The notes under the pieces are model-generated. The model searched no databases. It was given only the letters and a program-made list of their open reading frames with translations, and was not told where the DNA came from. Positions 20,502 to 32,275 of a stretch of DNA of 64,000 nt are shown here, one piece after another. Numbering within the stretch: the first letter of the stretch is position 1; each line of letters starts with the position of its first letter. Origin of the DNA: Tepidibacillus decaturensis (GTDB lineage: Bacteria; Bacillota; Bacilli; Tepidibacillales; Tepidibacillaceae); the NCBI GenBank assembly GCA_016841555.1, contig JAENYW010000001.1, forward strand, positions 429-64,428. Reading direction: 5' to 3'. Position numbers and translations under genes: made by a program.

Positions 20502-21035
20502 ATGGAAAAAAGATGGTACGTTGTTCATACTTATTCTGGTTATGAAAATAAAGTGAAAACAAATTTAGAAAAGCGTGTTGCTTCCATGGGCATGGAAGAT
20601 AAGATATTTAGAGTGCTCGTTCCAATGGAAGAGGAAATTGAGAATAAGGATGGCAATAAAAAAACCACATTAAAAAAAGTTTTTCCAGGTTATGTGCTTG
20701 TTGAAATGGTCATGACCGATGATTCATGGTATGTTGTGCGCAATACTCCTGGAGTAACTAGATTTGTGGGCTCTTCAGGGGCAGGTTCTAAACCAACTCC
20801 TTTATTAGAAGAAGAAGCAAAAGCCATTCTAAAACAGATGGGCATGGAAGAAGCGCGTCCAAAAATTCAATTCACACTAAAAGAAAGTGTGAAGGTGACA
20901 GATGGACCTTTTCATAATTTCGTTGGATCCATTGAAGAAATCAACATTGAGAGACAAAAACTTAAAGTATTGGTTAACATGTTTGGTCGGGAAACGCCAA
21001 TTGAATTGGAGTTTAATCAGGTAGAAAAAATTTAA
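20502..21035 (+). CDS. nusG: Transcription termination/antitermination factor NusG
   Basis: MEKRWYVVHTYSGYENKVKTNLEKRV... plus a KOW domain. The start at 20502 is chosen from homologue N-termini. ATG at 20496 is possible. Confidence 0.92.
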   Translation: MEKRWYVVHTYSGYENKVKTNLEKRVASMGMEDKIFRVLVPMEEEIENKDGNKKTTLKKVFPGYVLVEMVMTDDSWYVVRNTPGVTRFVGSSGAGSKPTPLLEEEAKAILKQMGMEEARPKIQFTLKESVKVTDGPFHNFVGSIEEINIERQKLKVLVNMFGRETPIELEFNQVEKI

Positions 21036-21140
21036 TCTTTTTTATAATAAAGAGAAGATTGAATGTTCATATTAATTGTGGTAAATTAGTTGTATTGTGC
21101 TTACAATCATTTTTGTATGCTTAGAGATTATTTATTTAAA

Positions 21141-21168
21141 GTGGGAGGGAAATATTCTCGCTAACCAC
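21141..21168 (+). promoter_or_regulatory. Candidate L1-binding (23S L1-stalk mimic) hairpin in the rplK leader
   Basis: GTGGGAGGGAAAT...TAACCAC just upstream of the rplK SD. It shares GTGGGAGG-N-AAAT ... TAACCAC with a second copy at 21660-21685. Confidence 0.45.
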
Positions 21169-21193
21169 ATTTTGGAGTAAGGAGGTGTGTCGC

Positions 21194-21619
21194 ATGGCAA
21201 AGAAAGTTATTAAATTAGTGAAACTTCAAATTCCTGCTGCAAAAGCAAATCCAGCACCACCAGTTGGTCCGGCGCTTGGGCAAGCGGGTGTTAATATTAT
21301 GGGATTTTGTAAAGAATTTAACGCTCGTACGGCAGAACAAGCAGGATTAATTATTCCTGTTGTAATTTCTGTTTATGAGGATCGTTCTTTTACATTTATC
21401 ACTAAAACACCACCTGCTGCTGTCTTGCTTAAAAAAGCAGCTGGTATTGAAAGAGCTTCTGGTGAACCGAATAAAAAGAAGGTAGCGACAGTTAAACGTG
21501 ACAAGGTGCGTGAAATCGCTGAATTAAAAATGCCTGATTTGAATGCAGCTGATGTTGAAGCAGCTATGCGCATGGTTGAAGGAACCGCTCGTAGTATGGG
21601 TATTGTTATTGAAGATTAA
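21194..21619 (+). CDS. rplK: 50S ribosomal protein L11
   Basis: [54 protein letters not shown]. Confidence 0.96.
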   Translation: MAKKVIKLVKLQIPAAKANPAPPVGPALGQAGVNIMGFCKEFNARTAEQAGLIIPVVISVYEDRSFTFITKTPPAAVLLKKAAGIERASGEPNKKKVATVKRDKVREIAELKMPDLNAADVEAAMRMVEGTARSMGIVIED

Positions 21620-21659
21620 TAAAGTATTGTGGTTTATCAAATAAGCCAGCCCCTAAATA

Positions 21660-21685
21660 GTGGGAGGTAAATCCGTAATAACCAC
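21660..21685 (+). promoter_or_regulatory. Candidate L1-binding hairpin directly upstream of rplA
   Basis: GTGGGAGGTAAATCCGTAATAACCAC followed by GAAGGAGG and the rplA ATG. Confidence 0.45.
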
Positions 21686-21700
21686 GAAGGAGGAATTTAG

Positions 21701-22396
21701 ATGGCTAAAGTTGGAAAAAAATATGCGGAAGCTATAAAGCAAATTGATAAAGATAGTGCTTATGAACCATCAGAAGCAATCGAACTTGTTAAAAAAGTTG
21801 CCCCAGCTAAGTTTGACGAGACTGTAGAAATAGCGGTTCGCTTAGGAGTTGACCCTAAAAAAGCAGACCAGCAAATACGAGGTGCTGTTGTATTACCTCA
21901 TGGGACAGGGAAGACAAAACGTGTTTTAGTTTTTGCTAAAGGTGAAAAAGCAAAAGAAGCAGAAGCTGCAGGGGCAGAATTTGTTGGAGATGATGATTAT
22001 ATCAATAAAATCCAACAAGGATGGTTTGATTTTGACGTAGTTGTTGCAACTCCAGATATGATGGGTACTGTAGGGAAACTAGGTCGCGTACTAGGACCTA
22101 AAGGTTTAATGCCAAACCCGAAGACTGGAACTGTTACATTTGAAGTAGGAAAAGCTGTGAATGAGATTAAAGCTGGTAAAATAGAATATCGTGTAGATAA
22201 AGATGGAAATATCCATGCGCCAATTGGAAAAGTTTCATTTGACGCATCTAAGCTTTTAGATAATATGCAAACAATTATTGATACATTAGTTAAAGTTAAG
22301 CCAGCTTCAGCAAAAGGACAATATATTCGAAATGTTTCTATAAGCTCAACAATGGGTCCTGGCATTAAAGTAAATACAACAAAAGTTGTAAAGTAA
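21701..22396 (+). CDS. rplA: 50S ribosomal protein L1
   Basis: 231 aa, [11 protein letters not shown]... [15 protein letters not shown]... typical L1. Confidence 0.96.
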   Translation: MAKVGKKYAEAIKQIDKDSAYEPSEAIELVKKVAPAKFDETVEIAVRLGVDPKKADQQIRGAVVLPHGTGKTKRVLVFAKGEKAKEAEAAGAEFVGDDDYINKIQQGWFDFDVVVATPDMMGTVGKLGRVLGPKGLMPNPKTGTVTFEVGKAVNEIKAGKIEYRVDKDGNIHAPIGKVSFDASKLLDNMQTIIDTLVKVKPASAKGQYIRNVSISSTMGPGIKVNTTKVVK

Positions 22397-22461
22397 TCAT
22401 ATAACCTTAAGTTTTTTTAAGTTAAGATAGGTATGATTAAAAATTAATATTATTATGTTAT

Positions 22462-22582
22462 ACCGTAGACAGTAGGTGCTGTTTGGCTTAATTTCCTACC
22501 GAGGTTACTATGTTAGAGTATTCTTCGGATTGATTAGATTTAGGAAATGTAATGCCTTTGCTACGACGCAAAGGCATTTTTT
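22462..22582 (+). promoter_or_regulatory. L10 (rplJL) leader with attenuator terminator
   Basis: CCGTAGACAGTAGGTGCTG...CCTACCGAGG element followed by the terminator AATGCCTTTGC-TACGAC-GCAAAGGCATTTTTT (22551-22582), upstream of rplJ. This fits the Firmicute L10-leader attenuation arrangement. Confidence 0.65.
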
Positions 22583-22660
22583 ATAGGAAAGTCATCCATT
22601 TGTAAATAATGTAGGCATTTGTTGTTTTACGGTAACGATGAATAGGGGGTGCAAAAAAAC

Positions 22661-23158
22661 ATGGGAGTACGCGAAGAAAAAGAACAAATTGTTGCGGATA
22701 TTGCGCAAAAACTACGGGATAGCAAAACGACGATTCTTACTGATTATCGTGGACTAAACGTAGCTGAAGTAACTGAATTAAGAAAAAGGTTGCGTGATGC
22801 AGGAATTGAATATAAGGTCTTGAAAAACACCTTAGTTCGACGTGCAACACAAGAGGTTAATTTAAATGATATTAATGAACATTTATCAGGTCCAACAGCA
22901 ATTGCTTTTGGTTATGATGATGTTGTTACTCCTGCAAAAGTCATTTCTGATTTTGCTAAGCAGCATGAAGCTTTAGAAATTAAAGCTGGTATTTTAGAAG
23001 GGAATATTGTTAGTCTTGATCAAATTAAGGAACTAGCTTCTTTACCTTCAAGAGAAGGCTTGTTATCCATGTTGTTAAGTGTATTACAAGCGCCAATACG
23101 TAATTTGGCATTAGCAGTTAAGGCTGTAGCTGATAAGAATGAAACACAGGAAGCATAA
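22661..23158 (+). CDS. rplJ: 50S ribosomal protein L10
   Basis: ATG at 22661 lies about 10 nt after the SD GGGGGTG. The C-terminus [29 protein letters not shown] is typical L10. Confidence 0.93.
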   Translation: MGVREEKEQIVADIAQKLRDSKTTILTDYRGLNVAEVTELRKRLRDAGIEYKVLKNTLVRRATQEVNLNDINEHLSGPTAIAFGYDDVVTPAKVISDFAKQHEALEIKAGILEGNIVSLDQIKELASLPSREGLLSMLLSVLQAPIRNLALAVKAVADKNETQEA

Positions 23159-23193
23159 AAATGGATAGTAGAAAATTAAAGGAGGAAAATTAA

Positions 23194-23559
23194 ATGACTA
23201 AAGAAGAAATGATTGAAGCGATAAAAGGTATGTCTGTTCTTGAATTAAATGACTTAGTAAAAGCTATTGAAGAAGAGTTTGGTGTAACTGCTGCAGCACC
23301 TGTAGCTATAATGGGTGGCGGAGCTGGTGCAGAAGCTGCTGAAGAACAAACTGAATTTGATGTTATCTTAAATGATGCTGGCGCTTCTAAAATAAAAGTA
23401 ATTAAAGTAGTTCGTGAAATTACAGGTTTAGGTTTAAAAGAAGCAAAAGATGTAGTTGATAACTTACCAAAAGTAGTAAAAGAAAAAATTTCAAAAGAAG
23501 ACGCAGAAGCTATGAAAGAAAAGTTAGAAGAAGTTGGAGCTTCAGTAGAAGTTAAGTAA
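23194..23559 (+). CDS. rplL: 50S ribosomal protein L7/L12
   Basis: 121 aa with an Ala/Gly hinge and the C-terminal domain [22 protein letters not shown]. Confidence 0.96.
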   Translation: MTKEEMIEAIKGMSVLELNDLVKAIEEEFGVTAAAPVAIMGGGAGAEAAEEQTEFDVILNDAGASKIKVIKVVREITGLGLKEAKDVVDNLPKVVKEKISKEDAEAMKEKLEEVGASVEVK

Positions 23560-23573
23560 TAGAAAAGATTATT

Positions 23574-23604
23574 AAAACCCGCTGCTTTAAACAGCGGGTT
23601 TTTG
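23574..23604 (+). terminator. Intrinsic terminator after rplL
   Basis: AAACCCGCTG-CTTTAAA-CAGCGGGTTTTT. Confidence 0.85.
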
Positions 23605-23679
23605 TCATTACTCTTTATTTAATTTTTTAATGTTTAGGCTATACTAGGCATGTTTACTAATTTTTTTTGGAGGATTTTT

Positions 23680-24291
23680 ATGAGTGAACACTATTATAGT
23701 AAAAAACCAACGGTTGCTCATGATCAAAAACAGATAGATGCAGTTTTTTGGGGAAAACAATTTTCCTTTACTACCGATGCTGGTGTCTTCTCGAAAAACA
23801 GAGTTGATTTCGGTACATCGTTACTAATTAATGCTAGTCATATAAATGATCAGAGCGATGTTCTTGATATAGGCTGTGGATATGGGCCTATAGGGATTAC
23901 TCTTTCTACCCTTTTAACAAAAGGAAATGTTATTCTGTCAGATATAAATGAGAGAGCGGTCGAATTAACCAAATTAAATATCTTACAAAATCAGCATTTA
24001 GTTAATAACATGGTAAACATAAACGTTATTCATAGTGATGGATTTCAACATATTAATCATTATTTGTTTGATTATATCTTTTTAAATCCACCAATTAGAG
24101 CTGGCAAGATGTTAGTGTTTCAACTATTTGAAGAAGCTTACGACCACTTAAATGAAAAAGGTGAGCTTTGGATTGTGATTCAAAAAAAACAGGGAGCTCC
24201 TTCAGCTATAGAAAAATTACAAAATCTTTTTTCTCATGTAGAGGAAATAAATCGTGAAAAAGGATACTTTATTTTGAGGAGTATAAAATAA
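23680..24291 (+). CDS. Class I SAM-dependent (RsmC/YbxB-like) rRNA methyltransferase
   Basis: SAM motif I VLDIGCGYGPIG and the NPPIRAG motif. Conserved position between rplL and rpoB. ATG at 23680 follows the SD TTGGAGGA. Confidence 0.8.
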   Translation: MSEHYYSKKPTVAHDQKQIDAVFWGKQFSFTTDAGVFSKNRVDFGTSLLINASHINDQSDVLDIGCGYGPIGITLSTLLTKGNVILSDINERAVELTKLNILQNQHLVNNMVNINVIHSDGFQHINHYLFDYIFLNPPIRAGKMLVFQLFEEAYDHLNEKGELWIVIQKKQGAPSAIEKLQNLFSHVEEINREKGYFILRSIK

Positions 24292-24304
24292 ATAAATTCA
24301 AGAC

Positions 24305-24333
24305 TTGACTATAGATTTCCAATGTGGTAACAT
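24305..24333 (+). promoter_or_regulatory. Candidate promoter in the methyltransferase-rpoB spacer (TTGACT-17-TGgTAACAT)
   Basis: TTGACT at 24305-24310, a TG extension, and TAACAT at 24328-24333. Confidence 0.4.
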
Positions 24334-24632
24334 TACTAAATGCTAATGTCGTAATTTTTCATAATAATGGATACAACTCTTTTTTTTTCTCATAAGGGAA
24401 TGGTAACTGTTTAAATTGGAAAGAAATTATTAATATATGCATAAAAAAATGTGGTTTAATAACCCATTTTTCTTTTTGTATTTTTATCCCGTTCTAATCG
24501 TCCGTAAATTCCACCTATTAGGTAGGAATCAACCGACGGTAAGAACCTGATAAGGGTGATTAATCATCAGATAGTTGTGAGAACTCTAACTGATGGAATT
24601 CTACTTTATACTCTGCTTTAAGGGGTGAAACG

Positions 24633-27600
24633 ATGGCGGCTCATCTAGTTCAATTAGGAAGAAGACAGCGTAGAAGTTACGCAAGGATTAAGGAAGTATT
24701 AGATCTACCAAACCTTATTGAAATTCAAACGAATTCCTATCAGTGGTTTTTGGATGTAGGTCTAAGAGAAATGTTCAAGGATATTTCGCCTATTCAGGAT
24801 TTTACAGGCAACTTAATTTTGGAATTTTTTGATTACAATTTAGGTGAACCTAAGTATCCCGTTGATGAATCAAAGGAACGGGATGTAACGTACGCTGCTC
24901 CTTTAAGAGTAAAAGTACGTTTAATTAACAAAGAAACAGGTGAGGTAAAAGAACAAGAAGTATTTATGGGCGATTTCCCACTAATGACTGAGACAGGAAC
25001 CTTTATTATAAATGGTGCAGAAAGGGTTATTGTCAGTCAGCTTGTACGTTCACCAAGTGTTTACTTTAGTACGAAAGTAGATAAGAATGGGAAGAAAACT
25101 TTTACTTCTACAGTAATTCCGAATCGTGGGGCTTGGTTAGAATTAGAAACTGATGCAAAAGATATTATTTATGTAAGAATTGATCGCACAAGAAAACTCC
25201 CAGTTACTGTACTTCTTCGAGCTTTAGGATTTGGAACAGATGAAGAAATTATTGAATTGTTAGGCGATAGCCAGTTTATCAGAAACACGCTAGAAAAAGA
25301 TAATACAGATTCAACAGAAAAAGCATTGATTGAAATTTATGAACGTCTACGTCCTGGGGAACCTCCAACTGTAGAAAATGCAAAAAGTTTATTAATTTCA
25401 AGATTTTTCGACCCAAAAAGATATGATTTAGCAGATGTAGGAAGATATAAAATAAATAAAAAGTTACATATTAAAAATAGATTGTTTAATCAACGGTTAG
25501 CTGAAACACTTGTTGATCCGCAAACTGGTGAAATTATTGGAGAAGCTGGTCAAATAGTAGATCGTAGACTATTAGACAAATTACTCCCTTTTTTAGAGGA
25601 AGGGGTAAACTATGTTGATTTTGAACCTAAAGGTGGAGTATTAGAAGAGGCGATTCCTTTACAATCAATCAATATATTTTCACCTGTAGAGGATGGTCAA
25701 ATTATTAAGGTATTATCAAATCAGGTCGTAGATAAAGCTATCAAACATATTACTCCTGCTGATATCGTTGCAGCTATCAACTATTTTATTGATTTATTGT
25801 ATGGAATAGGAAGTACAGACGATATCGACCACCTTGGAAATCGACGTCTTCGTTCAGTGGGAGAACTATTACAAAACCAATTTAGAATTGGTTTATCTAG
25901 AATGGAACGCGTGGTTCGTGAAAGAATGTCTATTCAAGATGCAAATATGATAACTCCTCAAGCGTTAATTAATATTCGTCCTGTTATTGCATCTATTAAA
26001 GAATTTTTTGGTAGTAGTCAGCTATCTCAGTTTATGGATCAAACGAATCCCCTTGCAGAATTAACACATAAAAGACGTTTAAGTGCTTTAGGACCAGGTG
26101 GATTAACCAGAGAGAGAGCAGGCTTTGAAGTCAGGGACGTTCACCATTCCCATTACGGGAGAATGTGTCCTATTGAAACGCCAGAGGGTCCAAATATTGG
26201 TTTGATTAACTCATTATCCTCCTATGCGCGAGTGAATGAGTACGGTTTTATTGAAACTCCTTATAGAAAAGTAGATCCTGATACGAATAGATTAACGAAT
26301 CAGATCGTGTATTTAACAGCAGACGAAGAAGATAATTATGTAATAGCTCAAGCAAATGCAAAATTAGATGAAAATGGTCATTTTGTCAACGATGAAGTCA
26401 TCGCAAGATATAAAGATGAAAATCTAATCGTAGCTAGAGAACGTGTTGATTTTATGGACGTTTCACCGAAGCAAGTAGTATCTGTTGCTACGGCAATGAT
26501 ACCATTTCTTGAAAATGACGATTCGAATCGCGCGCTTATGGGTTCTAATATGCAGCGTCAAGCAGTTCCTTTACTTGTACCAAAATCACCATTTATTGGC
26601 ACGGGAATGGAACATAAAGCAGCAAAAGATTCTGGTGTTTGTATTGTTTCTAAACATAACGGAGTTATTGAAAAAGTGGATTCGCGTGAAATTTCTATTC
26701 GAATTCAACAAGAGATTGACGGAAAACTAGTAAATGGTGATTTAGTAAAATATAAATTGCATAAATTCGAACGTTCCAACCAAGGGACTACTGTTAATCA
26801 ACGACCAATAGTTCAAAAAGGAGAGCCAGTAAAAGTAGGCGACATTATAGCAGATGGACCATCTACTGAACAAGGGGAAATAGCACTAGGTCGTAATGTT
26901 GTAGTAGCTTTCATGACTTGGGAAGGATACAACTATGAAGATGCCATTCTTCTAAGTGAAAAATTAGTAAAAGAAGATGTATATACATCTATTCATATTG
27001 AAGAATATGAATCAGAAGCTAGGGATACCAAGCTTGGACCAGAAGAAATTACAAGAGATATTCCTAATGTTGGGGAAGATGCATTAAAGAACTTAGACGA
27101 AAGAGGAATTATTCGCATAGGTGCAGAGATTCTTGCTGGGGATATACTTGTTGGAAAGGTAACACCGAAAGGAGTTACGGAACTAACTGCAGAAGAACGT
27201 TTACTTCATGCGATATTTGGTGAAAAAGCTCGTGAAGTAAGGGATACATCATTAAGAGTTCCTCATGGTACAAGCGGTATCGTTGTAGATGTGAAAGTAT
27301 TTACCAGGGAAAATGGGGATGAGCTTCCACCTGGCGTAAATCAATTAGTACGAGTATATATTGCTCAAAAGCGTAAAATCTCACAAGGAGATAAAATGGC
27401 AGGTAGACATGGGAATAAAGGGGTTATTGCTAGAGTCTTACCAGAAGAAGATATGCCATTTTTACCTGACGGTACACCAGTAGAAGTTGTATTGAATCCA
27501 TTAGGGGTTCCTTCAAGAATGAACATTGGGCAAGTACTTGAAGTTCATTTAGGTTGGGCAGCCAGATCACTAGGTATCCATATTGCAACCCCAGTATTTG

Positions 27601-28157
27601 ATGGTGCAAGGGAACATGATGTATTTGATGCTTTAGAAGAAGCTGGATATGCTAGAACAGGGAAAACGACTCTATATGATGGAAGAACTGGAGAACCATT
27701 TGAAAGAACCGTTACCGTTGGTGTCATGTATATGATTAAGTTGGCACACATGGTTGATGACAAAATCCACGCTCGTTCAACTGGACCATATTCTCTTGTT
27801 ACACAACAACCGCTTGGCGGTAAGGCTCAGTTCGGTGGACAGAGATTTGGAGAGATGGAAGTTTGGGCATTAGAGGCTTATGGTGCAGCGTATACGCTAC
27901 AAGAGATCTTAACGGTAAAATCTGATGACGTAATTGGACGGGTTAAAACATATGAGTCCATTGTTAAAGGAGAAAATGTACCTGAACCTGGAGTGCCAGA
28001 ATCGTTTAAAGTGCTCATAAAAGAATTGCAAAGTTTAGGTATGGATGTAAAAATTCTTTCTGCCAATGAAGAAGAAATTGATATGAAGGAATATGATGAT
28101 GACGACGATCATCATAATGATAAATTAATATTAAATTTAGAAGGAAATGAGAATTAA
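24633..28157 (+). CDS. rpoB: DNA-directed RNA polymerase subunit beta
   Basis: 1174 aa; [32 protein letters not shown]... and colinear conserved beta regions throughout. Confidence 0.98.
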   Translation: MAAHLVQLGRRQRRSYARIKEVLDLPNLIEIQTNSYQWFLDVGLREMFKDISPIQDFTGNLILEFFDYNLGEPKYPVDESKERDVTYAAPLRVKVRLINKETGEVKEQEVFMGDFPLMTETGTFIINGAERVIVSQLVRSPSVYFSTKVDKNGKKTFTSTVIPNRGAWLELETDAKDIIYVRIDRTRKLPVTVLLRALGFGTDEEIIELLGDSQFIRNTLEKDNTDSTEKALIEIYERLRPGEPPTVENAKSLLISRFFDPKRYDLADVGRYKINKKLHIKNRLFNQRLAETLVDPQTGEIIGEAGQIVDRRLLDKLLPFLEEGVNYVDFEPKGGVLEEAIPLQSINIFSPVEDGQIIKVLSNQVVDKAIKHITPADIVAAINYFIDLLYGIGSTDDIDHLGNRRLRSVGELLQNQFRIGLSRMERVVRERMSIQDANMITPQALINIRPVIASIKEFFGSSQLSQFMDQTNPLAELTHKRRLSALGPGGLTRERAGFEVRDVHHSHYGRMCPIETPEGPNIGLINSLSSYARVNEYGFIETPYRKVDPDTNRLTNQIVYLTADEEDNYVIAQANAKLDENGHFVNDEVIARYKDENLIVARERVDFMDVSPKQVVSVATAMIPFLENDDSNRALMGSNMQRQAVPLLVPKSPFIGTGMEHKAAKDSGVCIVSKHNGVIEKVDSREISIRIQQEIDGKLVNGDLVKYKLHKFERSNQGTTVNQRPIVQKGEPVKVGDIIADGPSTEQGEIALGRNVVVAFMTWEGYNYEDAILLSEKLVKEDVYTSIHIEEYESEARDTKLGPEEITRDIPNVGEDALKNLDERGIIRIGAEILAGDILVGKVTPKGVTELTAEERLLHAIFGEKAREVRDTSLRVPHGTSGIVVDVKVFTRENGDELPPGVNQLVRVYIAQKRKISQGDKMAGRHGNKGVIARVLPEEDMPFLPDGTPVEVVLNPLGVPSRMNIGQVLEVHLGWAARSLGIHIATPVFDGAREHDVFDALEEAGYARTGKTTLYDGRTGEPFERTVTVGVMYMIKLAHMVDDKIHARSTGPYSLVTQQPLGGKAQFGGQRFGEMEVWALEAYGAAYTLQEILTVKSDDVIGRVKTYESIVKGENVPEPGVPESFKVLIKELQSLGMDVKILSANEEEIDMKEYDDDDDHHNDKLILNLEGNEN

Positions 28158-28205
28158 TTCGATTTGAAGTATGAGTGCTGATAAATAAGGGAGGTAGGCC
28201 CTTTA

Positions 28206-31200
28206 ATGGATGTCAATAATTTTGAATATATGAAAATCGGCTTAGCTTCACCAGAAAAAATCCGTTCTTGGTCTCATGGTGAAGTTAAAAAACCAGAAAC
28301 AATCAATTACCGTACGTTAAAACCAGAAAAAGAAGGCTTATTCTGTGAAAAGATTTTTGGCCCTACAAAAGATTGGGAATGTCATTGTGGTAAATATAAA
28401 CGAGTAAGGTATAAAGGTGTTGTCTGCGATCGCTGTGGCGTTGAAGTTACCAAATCAAAAGTTAGACGTGAGAGAATGGGGCATATAGAATTAGCCGCCC
28501 CAGTATCTCATATTTGGTACTTTAAAGGAATTCCAAGTCGGATGGGACTAGTGCTGGATATGTCACCAAGATCATTAGAAGAGATTATTTATTTTGCTTC
28601 TTATGTTGTAACAGAATCTGGTGATACACCCTTAGAGAAAAAACAATTATTATCTGAAAAAGAATATCGTACCTATCGGGAGAAATATGGCAAAAACTTT
28701 TCTGCTGGAATGGGTGCAGAAGCAATAAAGAAGCTATTAGAAGATATTGATCTCGATAAAGAAGTAGACATGCTTAAAGAAGAATTAACTACCGCTCAAG
28801 GACAAAGAAGAAATAGAATCATCAAACGATTGGAGATTCTTGAAGCATTTAGAGCATCAGGAAATGACCCATCATGGATGGTTTTAGATGTCTTACCTGT
28901 TATTCCTCCAGAGCTTAGACCGATGGTGCAACTTGACGGTGGACGTTTTGCTACCTCAGATTTGAATGATTTATATAGAAGAGTAATTAATCGCAACAAT
29001 CGTTTAAAAAGATTACTTGATTTAGGAGCACCAGATATTATCGTTCAAAATGAAAAGAGAATGCTACAAGAGGCTGTAGATGCCTTGATCGATAATGGGC
29101 GCAGAGGTAGACCAGTAACAGGTCCAGGAAATCGACCATTAAAATCCTTAAGTCATATGCTCAAAGGAAAACAAGGCCGTTTCCGTCAAAATCTTTTAGG
29201 TAAACGTGTTGACTACTCTGGTCGTTCAGTTATTGTGGTAGGACCTAGTTTGAAAATGTATCAATGCGGATTGCCAAAAGAAATGGCTTTAGAGCTATTC
29301 AAACCGTTTGTAATGAAAGAATTAGTAAATGAGGGTATTGCTCATAATATAAAAAGTGCAAAACGTAAAGTTGAAAAGGTAAGCCCTGAAGTATGGGACG
29401 TATTAGAGGAAGTAATTAAAGAACACCCAGTATTATTAAATAGGGCACCTACATTGCACCGTTTAGGTATTCAAGCTTTTGAACCGATACTAGTTGAAGG
29501 ACGTGCTATTAAGCTTCATCCATTAGTATGTACAGCGTATAATGCTGATTTTGATGGAGACCAAATGGCTGTCCATGTACCTTTATCAGCAGAAGCACAG
29601 TCGGAAGCAAGGCTATTAATGCTAGCAGCACATAACATTTTGAATCCTAAGGACGGAAAACCCGTTGTTACTCCTTCACAGGATATGGTATTAGGTAGCT
29701 ATTATCTAACCATTGAAAAAGAAGGCGATAAAGGAGAAGGAATGGTATTCCATACAGCAGAGGAAGCAATTGCGGCTTATCAGAATAAATTTGCAACCTT
29801 ACAAGCAAGAATTGTCATTCCTGCTAGAGTGTTGAAAAAAACATCCTTTACAGAAAAACAACAAAACACTTTATTAGTTACAACCATTGGAAAAATTATT
29901 TTTAATGAAATTTTTCCGGCTGATTTTCCTTATATTAATGCACCGACAAAAGAAAACTTAATTAATGGCACCTCAGACGATTACTTTATTTTTGATAAAG
30001 GTACAAATATAAGAGAATTTATTCAAAACGTACCGAATCGTGGAGCGGTGAAAAAAGGTTACTTAGGAACCATTATTGCTGAAGTATTTAGAAGGTTCCA
30101 TACTACCCAAACATCTATTACGTTAGATAAAATTAAAGAATTAGGATTCACATACTCTACAAAAGCTGGTATTACCATTGCGGTATCTGATGTTATCGTA
30201 CCGAAAGAAAAAGATGATATTTTATTTGAAGCAGAAGAAAAAGTACAAAATGTAATTAAGCAATATCGTAGAGGACTTATTACAGATGACGAGCGTTATG
30301 ATCGAGTTATCTCCATCTGGAGTAAAGCGAAGGATGATATAACAGAAGTATTAATGAATTCATTAGATCGCTTTAATTCCATCTATATGATGGCTAACTC
30401 TGGAGCACGTGGTAACGTATCTCAGATTACTCAGCTAGCTGGTATGCGTGGTTTGATGGCGGCTCCATCCGGAAGAATTATTGAACTTCCTATCAAATCT
30501 AACTTCCGAGAGGGTCTAACCGTATTAGAATATTTTATTTCTACTCATGGGGCTCGGAAAGGTTTAGCGGATACTGCATTACGTACCGCAGATTCAGGAT
30601 ATCTAACTCGTCGTTTGGTTGATGTAGCACAAGATGTTATTGTAAGAGAAGATGATTGCGGTACAGATAAAGGATTGTATGTATCTAGCATAGAAGACGG
30701 CAACGAAATTATTGAAGAATTATACGATAGAATTGTTGGACGATATTCCTTTGAAACAGTTCGCCATCCAGAGACGAATGAAATCATCGTAGGACGCAAT
30801 GAATTAATTGAAGAAGATAAGGCAGATGCTATTATATCGGCTGGTATTAAAGGGATAAATATTCGTTCTGTATTAAGCTGCCGAACCAAGCATGGCGTTT
30901 GTAAAACATGCTATGGTCGAAATTTAGCGACTGGAAAAGGCGTAGAGATTGGTGAAGCAGTTGGTACAATTGCTGCACAATCTATTGGAGAACCAGGAAC
31001 GCAATTAACCATGAGAACATTCCATACTGGTGGTGTAGCGGGAGACGACATTACACAGGGTCTTCCAAGGATTCAAGAATTATTTGAAGCAAGGAATCCA
31101 AAAGGAAAAGCTGTTATCTCAGAAATTGATGGGCTCGTTACAGACGTAAGAGATAATAAAGAACGAAGAGAAGTGGAAGTATCAAATGATGTTAATGTTA

Positions 31201-31814
31201 AAGTATATGCTGTGCCATATGGTTCAAGATTGAAAGCAAGCCTTGACCAGAAGATCGAAGCTGGAGATGAGCTTACTGAAGGTTCCATTGATCCAAAAGA
31301 AATGTTAAGGGTTAAAGGATTAGGTGGCGTTCAAAATTACATTCTTCAAGAAGTGCAAAGAGTTTACCGACTTCAAGGGGTTGAAATTAACGATAAACAT
31401 ATCGAAATCATGGTTCGACAAATGCTTAGAAAGGTTCGTATTATTGAAAATGGAGGGACCTCTCTATTACCTGGATCCATGGTTGATATTCACGAATTTG
31501 AAGCAGCAAATGTAGAGGCTTTTGCAAAAAGGAAACAGCCTGCAACAGCTAGACCTCTATTACTCGGTATCACAAAAGCATCGTTAGAGACAGATTCGTT
31601 CTTGTCAGCAGCATCGTTCCAAGAAACAACACGCGTTCTTACAGAAGCTGCGATTAAAGGGAAAGTAGATAAGCTCTTAGGCCTGAAGGAAAATGTAATT
31701 ATTGGTAAGCTAATTCCAGCAGGTACGGGACTATCTAGATATCGAAATATAAGTATAGAGAAGAATGTTGTTCAACAAGAAGTGAAGGAACCAGTTAAAA
31801 CTATTGAACGTTAA
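28206..31814 (+). CDS. rpoC: DNA-directed RNA polymerase subunit beta'
   Basis: 1202 aa with a zinc finger ([23 protein letters not shown]) and the catalytic NADFDGDQM motif. Confidence 0.98.
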   Translation: MDVNNFEYMKIGLASPEKIRSWSHGEVKKPETINYRTLKPEKEGLFCEKIFGPTKDWECHCGKYKRVRYKGVVCDRCGVEVTKSKVRRERMGHIELAAPVSHIWYFKGIPSRMGLVLDMSPRSLEEIIYFASYVVTESGDTPLEKKQLLSEKEYRTYREKYGKNFSAGMGAEAIKKLLEDIDLDKEVDMLKEELTTAQGQRRNRIIKRLEILEAFRASGNDPSWMVLDVLPVIPPELRPMVQLDGGRFATSDLNDLYRRVINRNNRLKRLLDLGAPDIIVQNEKRMLQEAVDALIDNGRRGRPVTGPGNRPLKSLSHMLKGKQGRFRQNLLGKRVDYSGRSVIVVGPSLKMYQCGLPKEMALELFKPFVMKELVNEGIAHNIKSAKRKVEKVSPEVWDVLEEVIKEHPVLLNRAPTLHRLGIQAFEPILVEGRAIKLHPLVCTAYNADFDGDQMAVHVPLSAEAQSEARLLMLAAHNILNPKDGKPVVTPSQDMVLGSYYLTIEKEGDKGEGMVFHTAEEAIAAYQNKFATLQARIVIPARVLKKTSFTEKQQNTLLVTTIGKIIFNEIFPADFPYINAPTKENLINGTSDDYFIFDKGTNIREFIQNVPNRGAVKKGYLGTIIAEVFRRFHTTQTSITLDKIKELGFTYSTKAGITIAVSDVIVPKEKDDILFEAEEKVQNVIKQYRRGLITDDERYDRVISIWSKAKDDITEVLMNSLDRFNSIYMMANSGARGNVSQITQLAGMRGLMAAPSGRIIELPIKSNFREGLTVLEYFISTHGARKGLADTALRTADSGYLTRRLVDVAQDVIVREDDCGTDKGLYVSSIEDGNEIIEELYDRIVGRYSFETVRHPETNEIIVGRNELIEEDKADAIISAGIKGINIRSVLSCRTKHGVCKTCYGRNLATGKGVEIGEAVGTIAAQSIGEPGTQLTMRTFHTGGVAGDDITQGLPRIQELFEARNPKGKAVISEIDGLVTDVRDNKERREVEVSNDVNVKVYAVPYGSRLKASLDQKIEAGDELTEGSIDPKEMLRVKGLGGVQNYILQEVQRVYRLQGVEINDKHIEIMVRQMLRKVRIIENGGTSLLPGSMVDIHEFEAANVEAFAKRKQPATARPLLLGITKASLETDSFLSAASFQETTRVLTEAAIKGKVDKLLGLKENVIIGKLIPAGTGLSRYRNISIEKNVVQQEVKEPVKTIER

Positions 31815-31825
31815 TCATAAAATGT

Positions 31826-31854
31826 TTGACATTAGAATTTGAAGGTGTTAATAT
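31826..31854 (+). promoter_or_regulatory. Candidate sigmaA promoter (TTGACA-17-TGtTAATAT) upstream of the L7Ae-like gene
   Basis: TTGACA at 31826-31831 and an extended -10 ending at 31854. Confidence 0.55.
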
Positions 31855-31896
31855 ATTTGAGTGTGCATATTTCCTGTACTTTGGAGGATAACAAGT

Positions 31897-32148
31897 ATGT
31901 CTTATGATAAAGTGAAACAGGCTAAGCACTTATCTATAGGGTTGAAACAGACTTTAAAAGCCATCGAGCAAGAACAAGTGCAAGAAATATTTATAGCAAA
32001 AGATGCTGATAAAAGGCTAACTGTAAAGCTAGTTCAATACAGTAAGGAAAAGAAGCTAAAGGTTACCTATGTTGATTCTATGAAGCAATTAGGAAAAGCA
32101 AGTGGAATTGATGTAGGAGCGGCAACAGTTGCTGTATTGAAAGGTTAA
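31897..32148 (+). CDS. L7Ae/L30e-family ribosome-associated K-turn-binding protein (YbxF/RplGB type)
   Basis: 83 aa: [25 protein letters not shown]...[12 protein letters not shown]. Conserved position between rpoC and rpsL. SD TTGGAGGA. Confidence 0.85.
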   Translation: MSYDKVKQAKHLSIGLKQTLKAIEQEQVQEIFIAKDADKRLTVKLVQYSKEKKLKVTYVDSMKQLGKASGIDVGAATVAVLKG

Positions 32149-32157
32149 TATTTGCAA

Positions 32158-32206
32158 GACAAATCGTCAAACCATATTCATAAATGGTTATGGTTTGACG
32201 TTTGTC
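32158..32206 (+). promoter_or_regulatory. Long hairpin (terminator/attenuator-like) between the L7Ae-like gene and rpsL
   Basis: GACAAATCGTCAAACCA ... TGGTTTGACGTTTGTC (16 bp with one bulge) followed by a T-rich tract up to 32230. A possible promoter TTGACG(32195)-17-TTTAAT is embedded in the 3' arm. Confidence 0.45.
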
Positions 32207-32275
32207 ATGCAATTTATTTTAATTTTTTTTGAACCACCTGGCTCTGTGGGCTTAATAATGGAAGGAGGTGGCGAT

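Noticed and set aside
28089-28154. Acidic/His-rich C-terminal tail of RpoB ([22 protein letters not shown])
   Set aside because: Variable acidic C-terminal tails are common in Firmicute beta subunits. This is not evidence of a fusion or insertion.
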